Assembly: GCA_963848295.1 (NCBI GenBank)
Contig: CAWKDB010000010.1
Location: 4,576,001 to 4,640,000 of the forward strand
Direction: 5' to 3'
From: an uncultured delta proteobacterium
Lineage (GTDB): Bacteria > Myxococcota_A > Polyangia > Haliangiales > Haliangiaceae
Length of the DNA: 64,000 nucleotides
The position numbers and the translations under genes were made by a program. This document shows, piece after piece, positions 50,434 to 59,769 of this stretch. Every line of letters starts with the position of its first letter. The stretch's first letter is position 1. The notes under the pieces are model-generated. The model was not told the DNA's origin and searched no databases. It was given only the letters and a program-made list of their open reading frames with translations.

Positions 50434-51679
50434 CCACCTCGGGCTTGGGTACGAGTCGCTTGCGCAGCGCGAGCACCGCGCCGGACATCCCCACAAGACC
50501 GGCGCCGACGACGATCTCGATCGTCGTTGCGAGCGAGAGCCCGGTCGCACGCGCGAGCGCCGGGACCAGGGTCGGTACGAACGCGGCGAGCAGCGCGCCA
50601 ACGTGATAGACGATGCCGATCGCGCGGGCGCGCACCGGCTCGGCGAACAAGCTCGTCGTCAACATCGGGGTCACGCCCGAATAGCCGACGCCGAGCGCGC
50701 CGCCGAGGAATGCCCCGAGCGTCGCAACGTGCGGCCACGCGCCGACGAACAGCGGCAGCGCCGGCACCATCAGCAACGCCGGCGTGACGAGCGCGGCGAT
50801 CATCCCGAACCGATTTGCGATCCAGCCCGCGGCGACCACCCCGACGAGCATGCCGACGTTGAAGTAGATGAGGCCGCTCCAGCCGATGGCCGCGGCGCCT
50901 GCGAGACACCGCCCATCCGACGTGGCGCATCCTGCTCGCTCGACCTGCATGCCGATGTACGAAGTCGTCATCCCGTAGTAGACGACAAACCCGAGCGCCA
51001 TCACGAGCGAGCCGAGCACGAGCATCGTTCGGACTTGTGGCACCGCGAGATCGCCGAGCGCACCACGCGACTTCTCTCGCGGTCTTGCGCGCGCGCCGTC
51101 GTCGGGAACGAGCATGCGGATCGGCAGCACCGCGAGCGCCGGCACCGCCGCGATCAAGAACATCGCGCGCCAGCCGTACGCGGGGACGATCCACGACGCG
51201 AGCGCGGCCGCGAGCAAGAAGCCGATCGGCCAACCTGCCTGCAGCAGCCCCGACGCGAAGCCTCGGCAGCGCGGCGGCAAGCTCTCCATCGCGAGCGCGG
51301 TGCCTGCGGTCCACTCCGCGCCCATGCCGAATCCGAACAGCGTGCGCAGCACGAGCAGCCACGCGAATGACGGCGCGAAGTAGATCGCAGCGTCGAACGC
51401 CGCGAACCACAGCAGTGACAACATCAGTGGCAGGCGCCGCCCCCAGCGATCCGCGATCCAACCAGCGATCACTCCGCCCGCGAGGCGGACGATCAACGTC
51501 AGCGTGAGCGAACCGGCGACCGCAGTCGTCGACACGCCGAACTCCTTGCTCACGCTCGTGGTGACACAGATGAAGATCGTGAAGTCGAACGCGTCGAGCA
51601 CCCAGCCGACCCACGCGGCTGCAAACGCTGCCCATTGAGCGCGCGTAGGCTCGCGCCACCATCGTGCGGTTCCATCCAT
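50378..51679 (-). CDS. MFS transporter (SHS/NanT/JEN carboxylate-type)
   Basis: GWVLDAFDF, ADRWGRR, GFGMGAEW, RGFASGLLQAG. Confidence 0.88.
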   Translation of the reverse strand: MDGTARWWREPTRAQWAAFAAAWVGWVLDAFDFTIFICVTTSVSKEFGVSTTAVAGSLTLTLIVRLAGGVIAGWIADRWGRRLPLMLSLLWFAAFDAAIYFAPSFAWLLVLRTLFGFGMGAEWTAGTALAMESLPPRCRGFASGLLQAGWPIGFLLAAALASWIVPAYGWRAMFLIAAVPALAVLPIRMLVPDDGARARPREKSRGALGDLAVPQVRTMLVLGSLVMALGFVVYYGMTTSYIGMQVERAGCATSDGRCLAGAAAIGWSGLIYFNVGMLVGVVAAGWIANRFGMIAALVTPALLMVPALPLFVGAWPHVATLGAFLGGALGVGYSGVTPMLTTSLFAEPVRARAIGIVYHVGALLAAFVPTLVPALARATGLSLATTIEIVVGAGLVGMSGAVLALRKRLVPKPEVAMLSSSEVSAEGLRESLA

Positions 51680-51704
51680 GGGCGATCGGTATCGAAGGTG
51701 ATGA

Positions 51705-51826
51705 TGCGACGCAATACAAAAATTGTTCACGTCACATAACATGCTAGTATAACAGGTATAATACCTAACATAAATGCTGCGATGCAGCATCAACGCCTTG
51801 ACGTTCGCGATCACAGTCCTTAGGGT
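51705..51826. promoter_or_regulatory. PhaR boxes and sigma70 promoter upstream of the phasin-phaC operon
   Basis: TGCGACGCAATA (51705), palindrome ATGCTGC-GAT-GCAGCAT (51774-51790), TTGACG (51798) N17 TAGGGT (51821); AT-rich island. Confidence 0.7.
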
Positions 51827-51858
51827 GGCAGCACAACCGACTGACAAGGACTCTCACT

Positions 51859-52161
51859 ATGACGACTCAGAAGACCGAAACCGAAGCGAAGACCGACTCG
51901 AAGACCGCGGCGTTCGATCCGACCGCCGCGTGGGCCGCCTCCCAGCAGGCGTTCCACGAGATGATGACCGAGGCGTTCGAGCGTGCTCAGGCGCTGTCGG
52001 GCGAGTACGTCGCGCTGGAGGCGCAGATGATCGCGAAGGCGCGCGAAGCGATCGCGCACTGGGCGCAGCTCGCGCAAGACGCGATCACCTATAGCTCCCA
52101 GTTGGCGGCGCAGGCACGCAAGGTCGGCGCCGATGCGGCGCGCAAGATGGGCGTCGCCTGA
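51859..52161 (+). CDS. Phasin-like PHA granule protein
   Basis: 100-aa Ala-rich amphipathic helical protein; AAGGA RBS; behind PhaR-like boxes and directly upstream of phaC. Confidence 0.6.
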   Translation: MTTQKTETEAKTDSKTAAFDPTAAWAASQQAFHEMMTEAFERAQALSGEYVALEAQMIAKAREAIAHWAQLAQDAITYSSQLAAQARKVGADAARKMGVA

Positions 52162-53211
52162 ATGACCGAGGCGCTGCTCGGCTGGCCACGCGCGATGTCG
52201 GATGCATGGACCGACGTCGCGCTCGCGACCCTCGGCATCACGGCGCCGGCGCACGCACTGATGCCGACGCCGCGCGACGAGCTCGCGCTCCACGGCGGAT
52301 CGAAGCTCTATCACTTTCAACCGGCCGGGCCGGGCATCCCGCTGTTGCTCGTGCCGTCGCTGATCAATCGCTGGTACGTGCTCGATCTGCGAGCCGGCGC
52401 CAGCCTCGTCGAGGCGCTGGTCGGCGCCGGGTTCGACGTGTGGTGTCTCGACTGGGGCGTGCCCGAAGCCGAAGACCGCTATCTCGATTGGGAAGCGGTA
52501 CTAGAGCGGCTAGGGCGCGCGACCCGGCGGGTTCGGCGCGAGACCGGCGCGGCGCAGCTCGGTCTACTCGGCTACTGCATGGGGGGAACGCTCACCGCGA
52601 TCCACGCCGCACAGCATCCGAGCGAGCTCGCCGCGCTGGTCACGCTCGCGGCGCCGATCGACTTCGCGCGCGGTGGCATGCTGCGGGCGATGGTCGATCC
52701 GAGCTGGTTCGATCCCGCCGCGGTCGCCGATGCGGGCAACGTCGCGCCGTCGCAGATGCAAGCCGGCTTCGTCGCGTTGCGACCGACGCTGGATCTCGCC
52801 AAGCTCGTCTCGCAACCCGAGCTCGCGATCGATCCGGCGAGTCGCGCGAGCTTCGCGGCGCTCGACGCCTGGGCGAGCGATCAGATTCCGTTTCCCGGCG
52901 ACGCGTATCGCCGCTACATCCGCGATCTCTACCAACGCAACGAGCTCGTCGCCGGCAGCCATCGCGTCGGTGGCAAGCCCGTCGAGCTGTCGGCGATCGC
53001 GTGCCCGGTGCTCGCGATCACCGCGTCACGCGACGCGATCTGCCCTCCGCCAGCGGCTACCGCGTTGCTCGACCTCGTGGGCTCGACCGACACGGCGACG
53101 CTCGAGGTCGCGGGCGGTCACGTCGGTGCGGTGGTTGGCAGCCGCGCAGCGCGCGAGATGTATCCGGCGCTCGTCGCCTGGCTCGGGCCGCGGCTGTTCA
53201 CGTCGCGATGA
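52162..53211 (+). CDS. phaC: Polyhydroxyalkanoate synthase, class III PhaC-like (copy 2)
   Basis: LVPSLINRWYVLDL, LDWG, GYCMGG, RDAICP, GGHVG. Confidence 0.85.
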   Translation: MTEALLGWPRAMSDAWTDVALATLGITAPAHALMPTPRDELALHGGSKLYHFQPAGPGIPLLLVPSLINRWYVLDLRAGASLVEALVGAGFDVWCLDWGVPEAEDRYLDWEAVLERLGRATRRVRRETGAAQLGLLGYCMGGTLTAIHAAQHPSELAALVTLAAPIDFARGGMLRAMVDPSWFDPAAVADAGNVAPSQMQAGFVALRPTLDLAKLVSQPELAIDPASRASFAALDAWASDQIPFPGDAYRRYIRDLYQRNELVAGSHRVGGKPVELSAIACPVLAITASRDAICPPPAATALLDLVGSTDTATLEVAGGHVGAVVGSRAAREMYPALVAWLGPRLFTSR

Positions 53212-53839
53212 GCTCGCGCATCGTCACGAGCTCGAACCCCGCCGCGCGCAACGCACCGACGATCGTGGGGAGCGCATCGAGCGTCCACTGTTGGCCCTCG
53301 TGAAATAGCAGCACGTCGCCGCCGTTGACTGCACTGGGTGCGCACCGCGCGGCGAGGGTGCTCGCATCCTTCTCGTGGTAGTCCTCTGGGTCGATCGACC
53401 ACAGAGCGACGACGTAGCCGGCCGCGCGCAGCGAGATCAGCGACCTCGCGTCGAGCGCACCGTACGGCGGGCGAACCCACGGTCGGCTGCCGCGACCCTC
53501 GCCGAGCACGCGTTCGGTGCGGGCGCATTGTTCGAGCAGCTGGACGCGCGACAGCTTCGTGAACCGGGTGTGATCGTAGCCGTGACCGGCGATCTGGTGG
53601 CCCCGGCGGACGTACTCGCCGACGAGCTCGGGATGAGCCTCGACGTGCCTGCCGACGACGAAGAACGTCGCTGGCGCGCCGAGCTTGTCGAGGAGGTCGA
53701 GGTACTCGTGGGTCATCGCGTCCGGGCCGTCGTCGAAGGTCAGGGCGACGCGCTTCGCGCTCGTCGGGCCGCGGCGGAGCAGGCCGGGCACGTGGTCGAA
53801 CAGCGCGTTCTTGACCAGCGAGCGCAGCGACCGAGCCAC
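53198..53839 (-). CDS. Polysaccharide deacetylase (NodB family)
   Basis: ALTFDDGP, ATFFVVG, HGYDH, RPPYG, LLFHE. Confidence 0.9.
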   Translation of the reverse strand: MARSLRSLVKNALFDHVPGLLRRGPTSAKRVALTFDDGPDAMTHEYLDLLDKLGAPATFFVVGRHVEAHPELVGEYVRRGHQIAGHGYDHTRFTKLSRVQLLEQCARTERVLGEGRGSRPWVRPPYGALDARSLISLRAAGYVVALWSIDPEDYHEKDASTLAARCAPSAVNGGDVLLFHEGQQWTLDALPTIVGALRAAGFELVTMRELIAT

Positions 53840-53904
53840 TCCCTTGCGTACCGGGTTTTCGCGATCGCGACAAGCACCGTGAACCCGCGATATCCTCACG
53901 GACG

Positions 53905-54447
53905 GTGAAGGAAGCCCTCAGCTACCTGCTCGTGTTCGCGGGCCTCGGTATGACCCTGTGGGCGTACTCCGCCACCGCGGGTCGGCTGCGTTATCTCGAG
54001 GCGCGCCCGATGATCATCCATCTGCTGCGCACGAACGGCAACCAGGCCGAGCTCATGGCGCGCGGTGGCAAGACCACGTTCCTCGAAGCGGTCGCCGCCG
54101 CGATCAAGACCGCCGCGATGATGAAGACGACCGACCTCGCGATCATCGCGAGCGCGACGAAGCCTGCCTACGACGCGTCGGTCGCGCCGATCGGGATGCA
54201 CTGGAAGGCGGTGCTCAAGCGCCTGCGCACCGGCGCGGTGCTCACGCTCGGCGGCGTCGTGACGGCGATCGCCGTCGGCGCGTTCCCGCTCCTCCATATT
54301 CTCATCGCGATCACCGTGTTCTTCTTCGCGGGCTATATCGTGATCTTCAAGCTCGACGTCGACCGCTCGTTGCTGCTCGCGCGTGCGGAGGTCCTGCCCG
54401 AGGTCGAGCTCTCGTTCGCGAACGGCCGCTACATGCTGCCGCCGTAG
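53905..54447 (+). CDS. Hypothetical membrane protein
   Basis: 3 hydrophobic segments, typical codon usage. Confidence 0.7.
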   Translation: MKEALSYLLVFAGLGMTLWAYSATAGRLRYLEARPMIIHLLRTNGNQAELMARGGKTTFLEAVAAAIKTAAMMKTTDLAIIASATKPAYDASVAPIGMHWKAVLKRLRTGAVLTLGGVVTAIAVGAFPLLHILIAITVFFFAGYIVIFKLDVDRSLLLARAEVLPEVELSFANGRYMLPP

Positions 54448-54451
54448 ACGA

Positions 54452-54781
54452 TCAGCCGCCGGTGATGACGTTCGGCGAGCCACCACCTGGCTTCATATTG
54501 CCGACGCCGCCGCAGTGGGTGTCTTGATCGCCCTCGCGATGCGCTGCGAGGTTGTTGATCATCACGGTGCTGCTGCCCGCTTGCGCGATCCACGTGTTCG
54601 GGCCGCAGCAGGCGGCGTGCGTGCCGTTGTCGCTGACGCGGACTGCCGGCTTGCCATTGACGTTCACGTCGGGTGAGCCCTTGATCGCCGGACCCTGGAC
54701 GGAGTGCGGTGCACATCCCGGGCACCCGTGAACATCCGAAGGGCAGACAGAAATGTCTCCGAGCCGAGATTGCGGCGGCAT
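54452..54781 (-). CDS. PAAR-domain spike-tip protein
   Basis: SRLGD, GSPDVNVNGKPAVRVSD, GSSTVMINNLAAHREGD, Cys/His residues. Confidence 0.9.
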   Translation of the reverse strand: MPPQSRLGDISVCPSDVHGCPGCAPHSVQGPAIKGSPDVNVNGKPAVRVSDNGTHAACCGPNTWIAQAGSSTVMINNLAAHREGDQDTHCGGVGNMKPGGGSPNVITGG

Positions 54782-55608
54782 CAGGTAAATCCTCCAGGCG
54801 ACATCATCGCGGTGCCGACCGCCGGAATCGGCGTGATCGGCGTGCCTCCGGTGGCGACCGCCATGACGTTGTTCACCATCGTCGACAACTTCCAGATGTT
54901 GTAGCACTGCTCGAACGCGAAGCTGATCGACTCGAACAGCTGCGACGAGAACGGCGCGGTCGGATCCCCGTGCTGCGCGACCATCTGCATCTTCAGCACG
55001 TCGGCGCTGATCGAGACCGGCACTTGAACGAACATTCCGAACGGGGTCGGGACATTCGGCATCGGCGGCGCGACCGGCGTCGGTACGGCTGCGTACGCCG
55101 GATACCACGGCAGCGCGGCGGCCTTGACCGTCCCGGTAAACGTCAGCCACGCATTGCTGATTACGGTCGCGATCGTCGTCGTGTATTTTATCTGCATTGG
55201 CGTACTCATTGGCGCGCCGCCGGACAGGATCAGCGGGATCAAGGGCACCCCGACGATCTGACCGCCCGATACGAGCGGACCGGATACGACGAAGCCGACC
55301 ATCGTCGACGTCGACTGCCAGTCGGACCACGCCGAGCAGATCGCCGAGCAGATGTTGTCGATGAAGCCACCGAACGTCGAGATCAGCATCTTCTGGGTAT
55401 CGGTGTGGTACTTGTTCAGCGTTGCCGGGACGAACAGCGGTGGACTGCCGGGTGACGTCGCCTTCTCGTCCGCTTTGAACGCGTTGCCGTATTGCTGAGC
55501 GTCAGGATCGCCGCTCGGGTCCTGCCAGTTGGTCGGCACGCGCAGCGCGAAGCTCATGAACTTCGCCCGCGCGAGCTGCTGCATTTCGGAGGCTTGGGGC
55601 GCCGGCAT
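54781..55608 (-). CDS. Hypothetical protein translationally coupled to PAAR
   Basis: 275-aa ORF; TGATG overlap with the PAAR gene. Confidence 0.8.
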   Translation of the reverse strand: MPAPQASEMQQLARAKFMSFALRVPTNWQDPSGDPDAQQYGNAFKADEKATSPGSPPLFVPATLNKYHTDTQKMLISTFGGFIDNICSAICSAWSDWQSTSTMVGFVVSGPLVSGGQIVGVPLIPLILSGGAPMSTPMQIKYTTTIATVISNAWLTFTGTVKAAALPWYPAYAAVPTPVAPPMPNVPTPFGMFVQVPVSISADVLKMQMVAQHGDPTAPFSSQLFESISFAFEQCYNIWKLSTMVNNVMAVATGGTPITPIPAVGTAMMSPGGFT

Positions 55609-55709
55609 GGTCTAGTGGTTACGAGCTTATACGGACGAAGCCCCCTGCGTGTTCCTACTCGCAAACCCTTAAGAGGGTCGCCCGGATCCATATGATAGCC
55701 TTTGCAAAG

Positions 55710-56093
55710 ATGTCGGGATCGCCAAAGCAAAAACTCCACCCCGAGACCGGCGAGGAGTTGACCGAAGACCGCGAGGTCTACCTGCGCGATGGCCGCAAGC
55801 TGGTGGTGTCCGAGGCCGGGATCGATCAGCTAGTCGAGATCCGCAACGGTGCCGGCCTGGTCGAGATTCGCATCCAGCTCACCGAGCAGGGGCCGGTCGT
55901 CCAAGTCGAGGCCGCCCGGCTGCAGCTCAAGGCCAGTGAGGCGATCGAGATCGCCTCGCCTCATGTCGCGATCGCCGGCAGCGAGAAGCTCGAGCTCACC
56001 GGCGGCAAGGTCGGCGTCCATGCCGAAGACGACCTCGACGTCGACTCCAAAGAAGAGATCCGGATCAACGGCAAGATGATCTGGCTGAACTGA
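55710..56093 (+). CDS. Small protein resembling a VgrG/Gp5 C-terminal beta-helix segment
   Basis: Approximately 8-residue alternating repeats (LQLKASEAIEIAS..LELTGG..), C-term INGKMIWLN; divergent from the PAAR operon. Confidence 0.55.
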   Translation: MSGSPKQKLHPETGEELTEDREVYLRDGRKLVVSEAGIDQLVEIRNGAGLVEIRIQLTEQGPVVQVEAARLQLKASEAIEIASPHVAIAGSEKLELTGGKVGVHAEDDLDVDSKEEIRINGKMIWLN

Positions 56094-56096
56094 CGT

Positions 56097-57674
56097 CTAC
56101 CCGCGATACCGCTTGCGCAGCTCGGTCTTCTGAAACTTACCGGTCGAGGTCCGCGGGATCGCGTCGATCACCTCGAACGCGTCGGGCAGCCAGAACTTCG
56201 GGAACCGCTCGGCGAGAAAGGCCCGCATCTCCTCGGGGCTCGCCGATGCGCCCGGCTTGAACGCGACGACCGCGAGCGGCCGTTCGCTCCACTTCGCGTC
56301 GGGCACGCCGATCACCGCCGCTTCGCGGACCGCCGGATGATCCATCAGCGCCGTCTCGATCGCCGCCGAGGCGATCCATTCACCGCCGCTCTTGATCAGA
56401 TCGGCGACGCGGTCGACGAGGCGAACGAACCCGTACTGATCGACGGTCGCGACATCGCCGGTGCGAAAGTAGCCATCGCTCGTCCACCGCTCCGGCGTTT
56501 GACCACCGGTGTACTCGTCGGCGATCCACGGGCCGCGGACGAGGACTTCGCCCGAGCTCTGATCGTCGTGCGCGACGTCGCCCTGGTCGCCGACCACTCG
56601 GAGATCGAGCAGCGGAGGCGGCACACCTTGCTTCGCGCGCAGCTTGTAGCCGATCGCCTCGTCGAGTGCGGCGAGCTCGGGCGACAGCCGTGACACCAGA
56701 CCGATCGGCGAGGTCTCGGTCATCCCCCACGCATGGACGAGACGCAGGCCGAGCCGATCGAAGTCGCGGATCAACTGCTCCGGGACCGCGGCACCACCGA
56801 CGATCATCTGCACGTTCGGCAACAGATGCCATTTGCCGGGCGCGGCGTCGAGCGCTTCGCGAATACCGATCCAGATCGTCGGGACGCCGGCGGCAAACGT
56901 GACGCGCTCGCTCGCCATGAGGTCCAACAGGCTCGGTGGGTCGAGGAACGGCCCGGGGAACACGAGCTTGGCGCCGACCATCGTCGCGATGAACGGCAGG
57001 CCCCAGGCGTTGACGTGAAACATCGGCACCACGGGCAACAGCGTGTCGGCGCGGACGAGTCCGAGTTGGTCGGGCAGCGCGGCGACCAGCGTGTGCAGCA
57101 CGGTCGAGCGATGCGTGTAGACGACGCCTTTGGGATCGCCGGTCGTGCCGCTCGTGTAGCAGGTGCCGAGCGGATCGCTCTCGGCGAGCACCGGCAACGC
57201 GATGTCGTCGCGCGCGGAAGCGAGCAGCGCTTCGTAGCTCTCGTGCTCGCCGGCGTTGCCGACCACGATGATCCGCTCGAACTTCGCGCCGGCGGCGATG
57301 ACCTTCGTGAGCAACGGCAGCAGCACGTCGTCGACGATCACGATGCGGTCGCGGCCGTGGGTCGCGATGAACGCGATCTCCGGCGGCGCCAGTCGTAGAT
57401 TGAGCGTGTGGGTCACGGCGCCGGCCAGCGGGATCGCGAAGTAGGCCTCGAGGTGCTCGACGTGGTTCCACATGAGCGACGCGACGCGATCGCCCTTGCG
57501 GATCCCGCCGGCGATCAGGGCGCGCGCGAGCTTGCGGGCGCGCGTGATCATCGCGCCGTAGGTCGAGCGATGCAGGCTTCGATCGGGGCGGCGCGAGACG
57601 ATCTCGACGTCGCCGAACTGCTCGGCGCGGCGCGCGATGTGATCGATCGTGAGCCCGACATCCATCATCGTCAT
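56097..57674 (-). CDS. Medium/long-chain acyl-CoA ligase (AlkK/DmdB-like)
   Basis: YTSGTTGDPKG, PMFHVNAWG, AWGMTETSP, FRTGD, IKSGGEWI. Confidence 0.92.
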   Translation of the reverse strand: MTMMDVGLTIDHIARRAEQFGDVEIVSRRPDRSLHRSTYGAMITRARKLARALIAGGIRKGDRVASLMWNHVEHLEAYFAIPLAGAVTHTLNLRLAPPEIAFIATHGRDRIVIVDDVLLPLLTKVIAAGAKFERIIVVGNAGEHESYEALLASARDDIALPVLAESDPLGTCYTSGTTGDPKGVVYTHRSTVLHTLVAALPDQLGLVRADTLLPVVPMFHVNAWGLPFIATMVGAKLVFPGPFLDPPSLLDLMASERVTFAAGVPTIWIGIREALDAAPGKWHLLPNVQMIVGGAAVPEQLIRDFDRLGLRLVHAWGMTETSPIGLVSRLSPELAALDEAIGYKLRAKQGVPPPLLDLRVVGDQGDVAHDDQSSGEVLVRGPWIADEYTGGQTPERWTSDGYFRTGDVATVDQYGFVRLVDRVADLIKSGGEWIASAAIETALMDHPAVREAAVIGVPDAKWSERPLAVVAFKPGASASPEEMRAFLAERFPKFWLPDAFEVIDAIPRTSTGKFQKTELRKRYRG

Positions 57675-57763
57675 GGCGAGAACCTACCACCGGCTAACCG
57701 AGCAGCTGCGCAGGTTTGTGGGCTTGTTGCCCATCGCGCGGAGTTCCGGCTACGATCGCGGTG

Positions 57764-58939
57764 ATGAGGTTGTTTTGGCTCGTCGTACTCGCCGGGTGCG
57801 GTCGCATTGGCTTCGGCCTCGGTGGCGGGGGTGGAGGCGGGGCGGGTGGCGGCGGCGGTACGGGCGATGCGCCGCGAGCGGATGTCGCGATGACGACGGC
57901 GCCGCCATGCGGCTCGGGCATCTCCGCCCAGCACCTCGCGATCGATCCGGGCGGCGCGCCGATCGGCTCGTGGGTCGACGCGATCACGGCCACCGTGACC
58001 GGCGCCGGCGCCGCGGTCACGTATATCGCGCCCGATGGCGTCGGCTGGGCCGTGACCTATAACGGCGCGGCGGGCCACCTTGCGGTCGACAAGTCCGATA
58101 CGCAGATCGCCGCGTCGACAGTCACCGATATGCACGTCGTCACCTTCTCCGGCGCTCTCGTGGCGTCGATAGAGGCAGGGACGTTCTCGGAACAGTGGTT
58201 CAACCTGGGCACGCTCGCCCCGACCAATGCTCCGAGCAACGCCACGGCGATCGCGCCGATCACATCTCCACTCGCCGCGAGCTCGACCGAGGCCGTGTGG
58301 CTGGGCGTGAACGCAAGCGGTGCGGTCGTCGGCCAGACGATCTCTGCCACCGACGTCGTGTCGGCGAGCAAGCAGGTCCTTCCGGCTGTGGCCGCCGCGC
58401 AGCAGGCCTCGGTGATCGCGGCGAACAACGCGTTCCTCGTCACGTGGCTCGCGAGCACGGCAAATCCGGTCGGGGTCAACGCGCAGCTGTTCGATGGCAC
58501 CCTCGTCCCCACCGCGGTGACAGGCGCGTTCACCGGCAGCGTCGACTTCTTCGAGCCGCGTTCCGCGTGGGCCTCGACCCCGAACGTCTATGCCATCGCC
58601 TACCTCACCAGCACAGACGTGTGGGTGCAGCTCGCCGACAACAGTCTCGCGCCGCTCGGCTCGCCGATCGATCTCGGTTCCGGTACCGCGCCGACGATCG
58701 CGAGCGACGGCACCGGGTTCTGGCTCGCGTGGCACGACGTCGCGCAGGCGTCCGAGCTGTCCGCCGCGTACGTCGACGCCACCGGAGCGATCGCCAAGCT
58801 CTCGGTCGCCGGATCGGGCGGCACCGAGGTCGATCACGTGGTCGTCGACGTCGGCGGAACCGCGGTGCTGTTCTACGTCGAGCGCAACGGCGCGACGCCG
58901 AACCTGCCGCTGTGGGCGATCCCCATGTGCGCGCTGTGA
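57764..58939 (+). CDS. Lipoprotein with CGRIGF N-terminal motif
   Basis: Lipobox LAGC-GRIGF, poly-Gly linker, beta-rich repeats. Confidence 0.75.
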   Translation: MRLFWLVVLAGCGRIGFGLGGGGGGGAGGGGGTGDAPRADVAMTTAPPCGSGISAQHLAIDPGGAPIGSWVDAITATVTGAGAAVTYIAPDGVGWAVTYNGAAGHLAVDKSDTQIAASTVTDMHVVTFSGALVASIEAGTFSEQWFNLGTLAPTNAPSNATAIAPITSPLAASSTEAVWLGVNASGAVVGQTISATDVVSASKQVLPAVAAAQQASVIAANNAFLVTWLASTANPVGVNAQLFDGTLVPTAVTGAFTGSVDFFEPRSAWASTPNVYAIAYLTSTDVWVQLADNSLAPLGSPIDLGSGTAPTIASDGTGFWLAWHDVAQASELSAAYVDATGAIAKLSVAGSGGTEVDHVVVDVGGTAVLFYVERNGATPNLPLWAIPMCAL

Positions 58940-59767
58940 TCAGCCGAACAACCGCGACCACAGCGAACGACTGACCGGCAGCGGCGACACACGCGGCTCG
59001 GGCACCGCATCGAACCCGAGCGCATCGGCGACCCACGCGCGGTCGAGCTCGGCGAGCGTGGCGCGCGCGACCGCCGCTTGGTTCGCAGGCAGCTGCTTGG
59101 TCAGCCACCTCGCGGTCGCCGGGTCGTAACCGCGAACGACGAGCTGGGTCGCGAGCAAGAACGCCATCTCCTGCGCCGCGAGATAGCCCTGGCGCGCGTG
59201 GCTCCACGAGCTCCCGAGGTTGCCGTGGCTCTTCGTCACGAAGCGCTGCGCCGCCGCGGTCGTGAGCACGCCGAAGCCGAGGTAGATCGTCGTGACGTCG
59301 GTCAGCTTCTCTTCGAGATCGTGGTCGCGGAGCTCGAGCCGATGACTGCGGCGAAAGGCGTGACCGACCTCGTGGGCCATCGCCGCGACGAGGCCGAGCG
59401 CGTCGTCGAGCTTGCTGGTCTCGACCCCGAACCGACACGCGTTGCCCGAGATCCCCGCGAACCACGCCGCTGCACCTGCGTGCGACGATTTCGCGGCGTT
59501 GCCGTCGAGCCCGACCTCGTGAACCTCGGTCTCGTTCGTAAACAGCTCGAGCCGGACCCCGAGGTGCGGCAGGCCGGCGTAGTCGAGCAGCCGCCGCGCG
59601 AGCGCGCTGACCCCGCGTTCGTCGGGCGACCAGCGATCCGGAAAGTACGCGTCGGTCGGGAGCAGCAACGGCGCATCGAGGAAGGTTGCCTCGCCGCGCC
59701 GCTCGATCAACGTGGCGAGTGCCGCCCACAACCACTCGCGTTCGAGCGGGGGCGGGAGCGCCACCAT
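58940..59767 (-). CDS. Hypothetical HExxH zinc-metalloprotein
   Basis: MAHEVGH, EEKLTD..IYLGFG, QGYL. Confidence 0.7.
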   Translation of the reverse strand: MVALPPPLEREWLWAALATLIERRGEATFLDAPLLLPTDAYFPDRWSPDERGVSALARRLLDYAGLPHLGVRLELFTNETEVHEVGLDGNAAKSSHAGAAAWFAGISGNACRFGVETSKLDDALGLVAAMAHEVGHAFRRSHRLELRDHDLEEKLTDVTTIYLGFGVLTTAAAQRFVTKSHGNLGSSWSHARQGYLAAQEMAFLLATQLVVRGYDPATARWLTKQLPANQAAVARATLAELDRAWVADALGFDAVPEPRVSPLPVSRSLWSRLFG

Positions 59768-59769
59768 CG

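Noticed and set aside
55660..55706. c-di-GMP-I riboswitch-like words (GCAAACC..GGGTCGC..ATGATAGCC)
   Set aside because: Too short, with no GNRA tetraloop/receptor or GCAAAG junction; it would need an Infernal scan with RF01051.
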